From: an uncultured Gammaproteobacteria bacterium
GTDB lineage: Bacteria > Patescibacteriota > Microgenomatia > UBA10105 > UBA927
Direction of reading: 5' to 3'
Assembly (NCBI GenBank): GCA_964621305.1
Contig: CAZUOM010000003.1
Coordinates: 14,589 to 78,588, forward strand
DNA length: 64,000 nt
Positions 1-9,105 of the stretch are shown piece by piece. Under the pieces are notes generated by a model. That model searched no databases and was not told the origin of the DNA. It was given only the letters and a program-made list of their open reading frames with translations. A program made the position numbers and the translations under genes. The stretch's first letter is position 1; the number at the start of each line of letters is the position of its first letter.

Positions 1-565
1 TACCGTTATGAGACAGAATCAAAAAACTCCAGAGTATTGCCGTCCGGAGTTTTGCGGTTACAGACGTTTGGACAGTGGACGATTCAAGACTGAAAAACAA
101 CCACGGAAGGATGGCTAGTGCAACTAACTCACCGATGTCTCCTCGTACATAGAGGTTGAGAAAGTGATAGGGTGCAAGCCCGTACGCGATGCCTGCCGCA
201 AGTGCTGACAAAGTATCGACATGCCGAAGCAACCAGAGGTACATTCCTGTACCAGAGAGTATGAAAGCAAAACCGATAAGTATTTTGAATACAGTTTCAT
301 ATTCGATAGGCAAAAAAGAAATTGCCCCGGCGATGTAGCCGGGTAAGGGATAGAAAAAATTAAACACAGGGGTGCCATAGCGATAATTGATGTTCCCCGC
401 CCAGCGTGGCGGGAAGTGGCCGTCGGCAAACGCTTGTCGATATGCAGCAAATCGCGCGACGTGGTTTTCGCCATCGTGACTACGGTAGAAGCCGGGCTCA
501 AAGAGCGGTTTAAGGAAGAAAAGATGGACGAGAGCGACGGCGAGAACTAACTATGCTGGTTTCAT
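1..565 (-). pseudogene. PTPS-related (PF10131-like) GT-C membrane protein, 5' part, with in-frame TAG at codon 5; runs off window start
   Basis: Manual translation from ATG at 565: MKPA*LVLAVALVHLFFLKPLFEPGFYRSHDGENHVARF...PRWAGNINYRYGTPVFNFFYP...APYHFLNLYVRGDIGE...ILSHNG. Clearly paralogous to 4546..6150, 13834..15480 and 17924..19549. Not in the ORF track. Confidence 0.7.
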
Positions 566-569
566 ACGC

Positions 570-2216
570 TTACCGTGATGCGTTGACGATACCAAAATGT
601 GCCAGTTTTTCGGTTGATCGAATTGACTGGGGAATATCGTCGAAAAAATCAACCAAGAGGGAGCGCGTTTGGCCCATCTCACTCGTCCAATCTATGGGAC
701 GGAAGGTAAAGCGATCAAAGCTTTTGACGTGATAAAAGGCATCTGCCGTAAGCGGGTAGCGAACTGCGCTTTGTTGATACAGATGTGGTGGGTAGCTCGT
801 GTAAAACAGGAGAAATATATACGGTGAGTACTCCGGGTGTGTGATAACGACTGGTTTTTGTCGATATTCTTCTTGCAAAATCAGATCCGTCAATTTTTTA
901 TACGGGGCTCCCCAGTGACTGGCTTCATTTTTGGGGAAGTTGACGAAATACTGGTTTAGGTAGTAGCTAATGTTGAGAAGAAACACGATGCTGACAATGA
1001 TGATACCGGCCTTTTGGATCTGTGGCTTTTGCAGCGTCTTTAGTAGCGTCATGATGCCGATGGCAGTGAGAATCGGTGGTAGTGGGTAGATGGGGAACAT
1101 ACGATTGGTGTGGGGTGCATCCTTGGTGATGCTTGCCGCTATCGGACTTATGAAAATCCACCAGAGGAGAAACGTGTAAGGAAGTTTTTTTCTTTTCTGT
1201 ATAAGGATAAGAATCCCAAGGTAAAAGAATACTGCCTCAACCACGTAAAGGTTTCCCATGCCTTCGATATTGTGCGCGCGATTGGTGCCGCCACGGAGAA
1301 ATAGGAACGTGGGTCCAAAGGAGGCAAGGTAGTTTCTGGTTACTGTTTGGATGACGTAGGTTACGCGGTTATATCGCAGTCGTGTTATTAACGCATTTGG
1401 GTTGCCGCTTGAGAGCCTCGGTAGTTCAATTTTTGCGTGAATGACGGACGGATCGCCAAAGATACTTATACCAGCAAGCTTCGTCCTATCCGCATTATGG
1501 AAAGTTTTAGAGAGGATCCCGGCTGGTAAGGTTACGAGGATGATGAGAGCAACTAGGGAAAAACGATTCCGCGGTATTTGACTCCTGAACAAAACTACAA
1601 GTCCTGCAATAAGGAGAGAACTTGCAACGTGGTTGCCGTGGTAGGTGAAGTACGGCAGTGTGAGAAACAAAGCAGAGAACGGAAGCACCCTATGTTGTTT
1701 GAGTCCTTTGAAGAACAGGAGAAGTCCGACAGTAGTCAAAAAAACGGCGACGTTGGACTCAGACTCAACTCGTGAGAGGTGGAGGTGCCAGGGGGAGATG
1801 GCCAACAACAGCGAAGCTGTTATTGGAATGCCAAATGACCAATGCCAAATGTCAAATAAATCTTTTTTATTACGAAAAAGTTCCTTTACTAAAAAAAACG
1901 TTATGAATACAGTAAGTGTTCCGGCAATTGCAGATGGAAGGCGGACGGCGAGTTCAGTTAAACCGAATATCGCTACAAACGGCATGGTGGTATAGATATA
2001 GAGCGGGAGCTTCCAGTCGCCGAAAGATTGAAAGGAGATTGGCCATGACCTGCCGTATTCATCTTTGCCGGTTGTGATAAGCGAATATGCGCTGTAGCCG
2101 ATGGATGCTTCGTCGCGATTGACTCCGGGTGGGATCGTGTCAAGCTTATAGAGACGAAGGAAGGACGCTACTAGCGTTATGACAAAAAGAAGGGAGAGAA
2201 TAAATTTTGATTTCAT
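570..2216 (-). CDS. ArnT/PMT-like (GT39/GT83) GT-C membrane glycosyltransferase
   Basis: LRLY...NRDEASIGY motif after TM1, GDWKLPLY, VRLPSA, SPWH..SR..E, many TM segments. Confidence 0.85.
   Translation of the reverse strand: MKSKFILSLLFVITLVASFLRLYKLDTIPPGVNRDEASIGYSAYSLITTGKDEYGRSWPISFQSFGDWKLPLYIYTTMPFVAIFGLTELAVRLPSAIAGTLTVFITFFLVKELFRNKKDLFDIWHWSFGIPITASLLLAISPWHLHLSRVESESNVAVFLTTVGLLLFFKGLKQHRVLPFSALFLTLPYFTYHGNHVASSLLIAGLVVLFRSQIPRNRFSLVALIILVTLPAGILSKTFHNADRTKLAGISIFGDPSVIHAKIELPRLSSGNPNALITRLRYNRVTYVIQTVTRNYLASFGPTFLFLRGGTNRAHNIEGMGNLYVVEAVFFYLGILILIQKRKKLPYTFLLWWIFISPIAASITKDAPHTNRMFPIYPLPPILTAIGIMTLLKTLQKPQIQKAGIIIVSIVFLLNISYYLNQYFVNFPKNEASHWGAPYKKLTDLILQEEYRQKPVVITHPEYSPYIFLLFYTSYPPHLYQQSAVRYPLTADAFYHVKSFDRFTFRPIDWTSEMGQTRSLLVDFFDDIPQSIRSTEKLAHFGIVNASR
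1786..1907. repeat. 122-bp inverted repeat, copy 1 (partner 7771..7892)
   Basis: Reverse complement matches 7771..7892 with a single mismatch. Confidence 0.95.
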
Positions 2217-4549
2217 GCGTTTCTTTTATATCGCAGCTTGCGTAAAACAATAAGCGTTATCACGATGCTTACGAGAGTTACCACCTTCCCAATTTTTACC
2301 GAAAGCGGGTCGTAGATGAAAAAAATCGAATGTTTTCCAGCCGGTACATAAACCGCGCGAAAAGCGAAGTCAGCCCTAAGAATCGGTGTTTGGGTTCCGT
2401 CGATGGTGGCTTTCCAGCCCGGATAGAAGCTATCGGAGAGAAACAACAGTTGCGGTGCCACGTCTTCCGTTTCTATATCAACTTTTGTCGGAGAGTAGTG
2501 AGAAACTTTCACATCTTTTCGCGTTCCCGGCTCGACTGGTTTTTCGATGACAGAAGACAGGAGGATAGTATCCTTGGGGGAAAAGGAGGGGTCAAAAAAA
2601 CGATGGGAGAACTCCTCCTTAGACTGGTATGTTTCATACTTGCCGGAAAGAAACGCTCTAGGGAGCGCGTTTATATTTTTATACAAAATCCATCCACTAG
2701 ACCCCTCTGTAACAGTAAATTGTGAGGGAGGGATGGTTTTCTCTGAATTGTTATTTTCCACGTGATCTAAGAGAAAGCGAGTACCTAAAAGGTTAAGGAT
2801 TCGCAGGCGATAGTGATTGACAGCAAGATCGCCACCGTCCGTTGGAGCAAGGCGCGCATCAGAGCGCGTATCCCGGCTGAAACGCTCAAGAAGTCTGCCG
2901 TCATCGCTAGCGTGAATAAACTCGCCGTACCAGCGCGGGTAGAGGGGGTCATACCCCTCGGCAGAAAAGATTCGGTACTGGGTTGGGAAATTTGCCTCGA
3001 TGGTCGCGCTACCGAACGACCAAAAGCGGTCGATGCCAGTTTTTTCCCTTATGGTTTTTAAAATAGGAACCAATGGAAAGACGAGCTCTTTTGGCACAAA
3101 GGGGTTGAATTTTTGGAACGATTGCCACAACTGTACAACATGGACTAGAAGGAGCATTCCTAAAATCACTGGTGCGTATTTTGGTTTCTTGGACCAAAGC
3201 AGAAGGAGAAAAATGGATGTAACCAGAATGGTTGAGGTTATAAGAAGTGGATTTATTTGGAGTAATTTCGGACCAGTTGCGACGACAATCCAGAGAAGGG
3301 TCGTGATGACGACCAGAGGGGTTCCCGCAGTAAGCACGCTAGCGACCTTTAGCCGATTTTTCATCCATGCATCAAGGCCGAAACCCGCAGCTAGTGCAAG
3401 AGATAACTGAAAAAGGAATACCACAAGCGTTGGGCTGCCAGACGAAAGAATTGGGAGGTTAAGTCGATAGACTAACTCAGTTGCCGGATTTCGGGTGATA
3501 AAGATAAGGATGACCCCGCTGGCTACAAGAAAAAATTTAGCTAGCCGATCCAACTTCTGAAAAAGGAGCAGACAAACAAAAATGAGTGGAATCAAACCGA
3601 TGTTGGTAACTTTTCCCACATACGTGTCGGATGGCCAATAGGAGCGGGTTGCCGGGTTTCCAAATAAATCTTGCACCAGGAGCATGATAAGCTGCCATGG
3701 TTGAATAAGAACTTTGTTCAATATTTCGTTGACATCCAGTGGAGTCCTTGCCGAGTAAAGAATAAGCTCAATACCTGGAATTAACTGCACTGCAGCAACT
3801 CCAATTGATAAGATCATAAAGACTAGTACCTTTGCACTCTGCTTTAGTGCCGGTAGCCTGAACCAGGCATAGATTGCGGTAAAGAGGAATGCGTAAAAGG
3901 CCAACTGCGGATGTCCAGCCAAAAGTGAAAAAGTTAATCCGATGGCTAGGATTGCCCACCATTTCGTTACTGTTTGCTCCCTTATTCCTTCGATTGCCAA
4001 AAGCAACAAAGGCAACCAGGCGACAACGTGGCCTATGGTGTTGTACTCGATCCAGACGGTCATAAATGACCCGAAGGCGTAAGAAAGCGCAGATAACCAT
4101 GAAGCAGGCGGCGACAGTCTAATTTTTCGACAATAAAGATAAAGGAATACCAACGCCAGAGTAGGCTGCACGACAACCAGGATGGACCAGGCGAGGGGAT
4201 CAGGGAAGAAAAAGAAAAGGATGTTAAGTGGATAGAGTGCGGCGGATTGGAAGTTGGCAAGCAGTGGGCTGCCGGAAAAATTGTATGGATTCCAAAGTGG
4301 TAGTTTGCCTTCTTTAAGCAAATGTACAGAAAGCGACCTCCATGGGTAGAGCTGTCGAAGCACGTCAAAATATTGTGCCTTGTGTGGGTAGGAGCCAGGA
4401 TTGTAGCCCAGGAAAGAATAGTTTCTCCACGGCCGATACTCAGAGATAAGAAGATCACCCGGAAACGGTAGATGACCAAAGAGGAACGTTTTGTAAAAAA
4501 ATATGGCGATTGCGGCACAAATAATCGCGACTGGGACAAATCGTTTCAT
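2213..4549 (-). CDS. YfhO-family membrane protein (GT-C-like)
   Basis: LPLWNPYNFSGSPLLAN, GHPQ, EGYDPL, LPRAF, LFLSDSFYPGWKATIDG...RAVYVPAGKH C-terminal signature. ATG at 4549 overlaps the upstream stop (ATGA). Confidence 0.85.
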   Translation of the reverse strand: MKRFVPVAIICAAIAIFFYKTFLFGHLPFPGDLLISEYRPWRNYSFLGYNPGSYPHKAQYFDVLRQLYPWRSLSVHLLKEGKLPLWNPYNFSGSPLLANFQSAALYPLNILFFFFPDPLAWSILVVVQPTLALVFLYLYCRKIRLSPPASWLSALSYAFGSFMTVWIEYNTIGHVVAWLPLLLLAIEGIREQTVTKWWAILAIGLTFSLLAGHPQLAFYAFLFTAIYAWFRLPALKQSAKVLVFMILSIGVAAVQLIPGIELILYSARTPLDVNEILNKVLIQPWQLIMLLVQDLFGNPATRSYWPSDTYVGKVTNIGLIPLIFVCLLLFQKLDRLAKFFLVASGVILIFITRNPATELVYRLNLPILSSGSPTLVVFLFQLSLALAAGFGLDAWMKNRLKVASVLTAGTPLVVITTLLWIVVATGPKLLQINPLLITSTILVTSIFLLLLWSKKPKYAPVILGMLLLVHVVQLWQSFQKFNPFVPKELVFPLVPILKTIREKTGIDRFWSFGSATIEANFPTQYRIFSAEGYDPLYPRWYGEFIHASDDGRLLERFSRDTRSDARLAPTDGGDLAVNHYRLRILNLLGTRFLLDHVENNNSEKTIPPSQFTVTEGSSGWILYKNINALPRAFLSGKYETYQSKEEFSHRFFDPSFSPKDTILLSSVIEKPVEPGTRKDVKVSHYSPTKVDIETEDVAPQLLFLSDSFYPGWKATIDGTQTPILRADFAFRAVYVPAGKHSIFFIYDPLSVKIGKVVTLVSIVITLIVLRKLRYKRNA

Positions 4550-6150
4550 ATTTTTCTTTTTCGGAAAATCCATAAGAGTGCTAGCGCAGCCAGAGTGGTT
4601 GCGGAAAGAAGCTCACCCAGGAGTTGGACCTTGCTTTTTTCAAAAGAGACCTTTACGCGGTGAGATCCTTCAGGAACGATATACGTGATCAACCCGCGCC
4701 AATTTTGATCTTGGAATTCGATCGGCACTTTTACGCGATCGACATATACTCGCCAGCCTGGAAAATACTGGGTGTGATCCACGAGACGCACGCCGCTTGC
4801 GGCGCGAACTGTGTAGGTGTGGAGGTTTGAGCGCTTCATAATATTTTCGACCTGGCCTTTTCCTTCAACGATTTCTGCTGGCGCGTTCGGGTACCTCTTG
4901 GCCGGGCCGGCTGACCAGATGAGATCAGTTTCGCCGAAGTAGGTCGTGTTGAGGGGATAGTTCCAGAATTGCGCCTCATTGGTGAGGCGATCATATCCAA
5001 GCGGTGGCTTCCAAAAGGCGACAGTTGCAAGGACGGCTAGACCTAGGAAAATAGGAAAACTTTTTTGAAACCACTTGAATTCAAACAGGAACCGTGCTGA
5101 AAGCGCACTTAGCAATAAAACGACTGATAAAAATCGCCAGGGGAACTGAAATTGGCGAAGGAATGCGATATTCTCCCAGGCGGATCTGGATATTTCAGTC
5201 ATGAAAACAACTGAACCGGCAAAAAGCAAAAGACAGAAGGCAAAAAGTCGTCGAAGGACTTTATCTTTTTTCTTCCGAAAAAAGAAAAGAACTGTCGCTG
5301 CTAGCGCAACAGTCTGGGCAAGTCCAATTTGCACAGAAACCCCACCGACATGAAACGCAGGGTCGTTAGTAATGTTTGGGAAAAGAAGAGGAGCGAGGGG
5401 CACGAAGTGTGTTTTATACAGGTCTTTCATGAAGAGGTTTCCGTAGGTGTACTTGTGTTCGAAAAGAGCCGGTAGCCAATAGAAGGAAGAGAGAAGAAGT
5501 CCAACGAGGAGCGCTGTTGCGGCAATTACAAACACGCGCTTCTTTTTGGCAAAAAAGAGGGAGAAAGCTATGCAAATACCAAAATAAACCAGGCTCACTG
5601 AGTTGTGGGAAATAATAAGAAGAAAACTTCCAACCGCGGTCAAAAGGAGATACCTAGGGAGAAAACTTTCCATAAGGCGAGTGATGCCCAGGAGCGTTAA
5701 CGGAAGAAAAGTATAGGTAAAAAGCTCGCCGAAGCTTCCGCGTACGGCAAGTTCCACCAGTCTAAATGGCGCAAATTGATACAGAACGGTTGTGACAAGT
5801 GCAACGTTTTCGTTTTTGAAAAACGCTTTGGCAAATTGGTACATAAAAACGCCAGCGGCAAGGTAGCTTATTGCCATAACCAGCTTGAATGTGGTCACGA
5901 GCCCCACCCCGAGGGCAAGAAACAGTGAGGAGACCAAATACGGCGTGTGATAGATGAAGTTAAATAGTGGCAGTCCGTAACCGTAGTTGAGGTCCCCTGC
6001 CCAGCGGGGTAGGATCTGCCAGTCAACGAGAGCCTTGTAGTATGCCGCCATCCGCGCCAGATGCACCGGCCCGTCGTGAGTATGTGGGAGATCGGAAGTT
6101 ACGAAGAAGCTAATGAGAGGGACAGATGAAAGGAAGAGAATTAATTTCAT
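4546..6150 (-). CDS. PTPS-related GT-C membrane protein with YfhO-like C-terminus
   Basis: THDG..H.AR, PRWAGDLNYGYG.P, RG..GE, QFPWRF, YFPGW motifs. Confidence 0.8.
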   Translation of the reverse strand: MKLILFLSSVPLISFFVTSDLPHTHDGPVHLARMAAYYKALVDWQILPRWAGDLNYGYGLPLFNFIYHTPYLVSSLFLALGVGLVTTFKLVMAISYLAAGVFMYQFAKAFFKNENVALVTTVLYQFAPFRLVELAVRGSFGELFTYTFLPLTLLGITRLMESFLPRYLLLTAVGSFLLIISHNSVSLVYFGICIAFSLFFAKKKRVFVIAATALLVGLLLSSFYWLPALFEHKYTYGNLFMKDLYKTHFVPLAPLLFPNITNDPAFHVGGVSVQIGLAQTVALAATVLFFFRKKKDKVLRRLFAFCLLLFAGSVVFMTEISRSAWENIAFLRQFQFPWRFLSVVLLLSALSARFLFEFKWFQKSFPIFLGLAVLATVAFWKPPLGYDRLTNEAQFWNYPLNTTYFGETDLIWSAGPAKRYPNAPAEIVEGKGQVENIMKRSNLHTYTVRAASGVRLVDHTQYFPGWRVYVDRVKVPIEFQDQNWRGLITYIVPEGSHRVKVSFEKSKVQLLGELLSATTLAALALLWIFRKRKI

Positions 6151-6209
6151 GTCCCTATACTACATCATCAGTTGGCGGCGACACCACTTTTTCGATACAA
6201 TGGATTTGT
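6151..6209. promoter_or_regulatory. Back-to-back divergent promoters, probably leaderless
   Basis: + strand TACAAT at 6196-6201 lies 8 nt before ATG 6210. - strand TAGTAT at 6162-6157 lies 6 nt before ATG 6150. No Shine-Dalgarno. Confidence 0.55.
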
Positions 6210-7469
6210 ATGGGCTGGGGGATGATATCTTCGCTACTCCTTGCCGTTTTTTCCATTCCGGTGGTTACGGCCTATCGGATAGCTCCGATTGAGGGAACAC
6301 CCTATTGGCTCTTTGGCTTTCTCTTTTTGTTCCTCATGTGGAACCTTGTGATTTACCTATCTCCAACATTGCTTCCCACCTGGTTGAAAACTCAAAAAGT
6401 ACGATTAGCCCTTCTTGCGGCTTGCGTTTCCATCGTTTTGGGGGGAGCAACATGGACTGCAGTTGTCGATCGGTCGCGCGTTGCACCGGTGTATGGCGTC
6501 CATGACATTATTCTCCAGCAGGAAGCAGCTATGCGATATCTCTTGGCCGGTAAAAATCCGTATAAAGAAAAGTACTTTGGGACACCGGTTGAACAGTTTA
6601 ATTATGATGAGCCGGGAAACACCGAGGCTATCAATCCGGCACTCTTTCACTTCGTCATGCCGCCTTGGTATCTCTTATTCCCCATAGGGATTTATTTTTT
6701 AACTACACCAATCCTGGGATACTTCGATGGACGAATGGCTCTTCTTGTTGCGGCCTTTGGATTGCTTTTGGTAGTTTGGAGATGGTTTCGCAATCGGGAA
6801 ATTGCCAGCCTTGCCATTGTCACCGCGGTACTTTCACCGGCAACCGTGCATTTTGCCATTGAAGGCAGAAGTGACATATTTGCCCTCTTTTGGTTCGTAT
6901 GGGCGCTTTACCTACTTGACCGAAACCGGATTTGGTCCTCTGCCATTATGTTTGGATTAGCGCTCATGAGCAAGCAGACGATCTGGTTTGCCGCGCCAGT
7001 GTACCTGGCACTTTTGGTATTTAGTAAACGCTCAACAAAACAAGTTGTAACAGCTGTTGGCGTGGTTGCTATGGTTGTGCTAATTCTGGCAGCGCCCTTT
7101 ATTCTCTGGGATGCGAATGCATTCATTGACAGCACCGTTCTGTATCTTTCTGGGGCAGCAGCTGGGAGTTATCCCGTATCTGGTTATGGGCTGGGGATGC
7201 TGCTTACCCAACTAGGCGTAATTAAAGATATTCACGGCTATTACCCGTTCATCATCTGGCAGATAGTTTTTGGATTGCCATGGCTTTTCGTACTTCTCCG
7301 TTGGTTCCGTCAAAAACCGACCAGCGGCCGCTTACTGGTTGCCTACGCACTTTTCCTCTCTGTCATGTGGTACATGAGCCGATACTTTAATAACAGTCAC
7401 CTGGGATATCTATCAACCGTGTTCGCCCTCGGCGGATTAAAGATATTCGACGAGGAACACCATGACTAG
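6210..7469 (+). CDS. GT87/DUF2029-like GT-C membrane glycosyltransferase
   Basis: HD...QQE.A...LLAGKNPY, GRSD, L.SKQ motifs, polytopic. Start moved to ATG 6210 to avoid overlap with the divergent gene. Confidence 0.75.
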   Translation: MGWGMISSLLLAVFSIPVVTAYRIAPIEGTPYWLFGFLFLFLMWNLVIYLSPTLLPTWLKTQKVRLALLAACVSIVLGGATWTAVVDRSRVAPVYGVHDIILQQEAAMRYLLAGKNPYKEKYFGTPVEQFNYDEPGNTEAINPALFHFVMPPWYLLFPIGIYFLTTPILGYFDGRMALLVAAFGLLLVVWRWFRNREIASLAIVTAVLSPATVHFAIEGRSDIFALFWFVWALYLLDRNRIWSSAIMFGLALMSKQTIWFAAPVYLALLVFSKRSTKQVVTAVGVVAMVVLILAAPFILWDANAFIDSTVLYLSGAAAGSYPVSGYGLGMLLTQLGVIKDIHGYYPFIIWQIVFGLPWLFVLLRWFRQKPTSGRLLVAYALFLSVMWYMSRYFNNSHLGYLSTVFALGGLKIFDEEHHD

Positions 7470-9105
7470 GTCAACGAAAATATTGCTCGTTGCGATTGTC
7501 CTTCTCTCTTTTTTTCTTCGTTTTTACAAGGTAACAGAGAACCCGCCGTCTCTATCGTGGGATGAAGTGTCTATTGGTTACAACGCCTACAGCATCCTCA
7601 AAAGTGGCCGCGACGAGCACGGGAGATTTCTTCCGCTGGACACCTTTGTTGCCTACGGAGATTACAAGCCACCACTGTCAATCTATGCTACTGTACCATT
7701 TGTTGCACTACTGGGACTCAACGAACTTGCCGTACGATTACCCTCCGTTATCGCAGGAACACTAACAGTTTTCATAACGTTTTTTTTAGTAAAGGAACTT
7801 TTTCGTAATAAAAAAGATTTATTTGACATTTGGCATTGGTCATTTGGCATTCCAATAACAGCTTCGCTGTTGTTGGCCATCTCTCCCTGGCATATTCTTC
7901 TCTCACGTGCCGGTTTTGAAGCAAACATCGCATTATTTTTCGTCGTCGTCGGTGTGTATCTCGTTTTGCGCGCACGAGACGACCCAAGGCTCATTCATTT
8001 TTGTTGGTTGCCATTTGTTGCAGGGGTTTACACCTTCAACAGCACACGTTACTTCGTCCTTCTTATGGCGGCGGGACTGGTTGTTTTCTGCCGTCACCAA
8101 TTTCTCAAAAACAAACGACAACTAGTTACGGGAGCTCTAGTTGCATTAATAGCACTTCTTCCGATTGCACCGCACCTGGTTTCCAAAGAGTCACGTCTTC
8201 GTTTTGACGAAGTGAGCATTTTCAACGAGCTGGAGTTAATTTTGCGATCAAATGAGCGAGCGGCGGTAGACGGTAGTCCGTGGTGGGGGAGGATCCTACA
8301 CAACCGGAGAATTGGCTATATGCGAAGTTACCTTACCCACTTTTTTGATCATCTCGAGCCGCGGTTTTTGTTTATTGCCGGAGATGGCAATCCAAAGTTT
8401 TCCATCCAGGAGGTTGGCCAGCTCTATTGGGTGGAAGCACCTTTGCTTTTGGTTGGGATATTTTTGCTGTTTCGCTCCAACAAAGGTATAGCAACACTTC
8501 TTTTGTTTTGGCTGCTGGCAGCTATTGTGCCCGCAGCAGTTGCTCGGCAGACTCCGCATGCGCTGCGGATAGAGAATAGCTTGCCGACGTGGCAGATTAT
8601 AATAGCGTTTGCGATAATTTCAAATTTCAAATTTCAAATTTCAAATTGGAAGAAAAATTCAATGAGGATATTGATTATTGGAGCTTACCTATTTAACTTT
8701 TTGTACTTTTGGCACCATTATATGGCCCATTACCCGAAGGATTATTCCGGAGAATGGCAGTATGGATATCGGGAGGCCATCAGTTTTGTATCCGGAATAA
8801 AAGATCAATACGACACGATTGTTATTTCCGAAAGCATTGGCAGGCCCTACGCGTATGTCCTGTTTTACGAGCGGACTGACCCAAAAACATATTGGGATAC
8901 AAAGAACTCAACATTTGATGCTAGTGGATTTTATCTTGTTTTTGGCTTTGACAAGTATCGTTTCACCCGCGTCGGTGTGGAAGAAGGAAAATACAAAGGT
9001 CGAGTTTTGTATGTTCTTCCTCCACATGAAGTACCCGCTGACGCGCGCATACTTGCCAGTGTGAAGCGGTTGAACGGGGAACACGCACTTGTGGTATTTG
9101 ACTAA
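7462..9105 (+). CDS. ArnT/PMT-like GT-C membrane glycosyltransferase
   Basis: SWDEVSIGYNAYSIL, GDYKPPL, VRLPS, SPWH..LSR..FEAN, PHALR. Confidence 0.85.
   Translation: MTRSTKILLVAIVLLSFFLRFYKVTENPPSLSWDEVSIGYNAYSILKSGRDEHGRFLPLDTFVAYGDYKPPLSIYATVPFVALLGLNELAVRLPSVIAGTLTVFITFFLVKELFRNKKDLFDIWHWSFGIPITASLLLAISPWHILLSRAGFEANIALFFVVVGVYLVLRARDDPRLIHFCWLPFVAGVYTFNSTRYFVLLMAAGLVVFCRHQFLKNKRQLVTGALVALIALLPIAPHLVSKESRLRFDEVSIFNELELILRSNERAAVDGSPWWGRILHNRRIGYMRSYLTHFFDHLEPRFLFIAGDGNPKFSIQEVGQLYWVEAPLLLVGIFLLFRSNKGIATLLLFWLLAAIVPAAVARQTPHALRIENSLPTWQIIIAFAIISNFKFQISNWKKNSMRILIIGAYLFNFLYFWHHYMAHYPKDYSGEWQYGYREAISFVSGIKDQYDTIVISESIGRPYAYVLFYERTDPKTYWDTKNSTFDASGFYLVFGFDKYRFTRVGVEEGKYKGRVLYVLPPHEVPADARILASVKRLNGEHALVVFD
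7771..7892. repeat. 122-bp inverted repeat, copy 2; contains 7-nt tandem tract ATTTGAC/ATTTGGC/ATTGGTC/ATTTGGC (7821-7851)
   Basis: Direct sequence comparison with 1786..1907. Confidence 0.95.
8616..8647 (+). repeat. Perfect heptamer tandem repeat (AATTTCA)x4.5, in-frame (ISNFKFQISN)
   Basis: Read directly. Confidence 0.95.

Noticed and set aside
124-501. 125-aa minus-strand ORF from the track
   Set aside because: Alternative frame overlapping the real GT-C frame 565->1.
551-553. Genome-wide TAG recoding
   Set aside because: TAG terminates many intact genes here (e.g. 29521, 58865, 61636) and no other gene needs read-through. TGA is also used as a stop.
1786-7892. 122-bp repeat pair as a DGR template/variable repeat
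   Set aside because: Only one mismatch, no adenine-specific variation pattern, both copies mid-gene, and no reverse transcriptase in the window.
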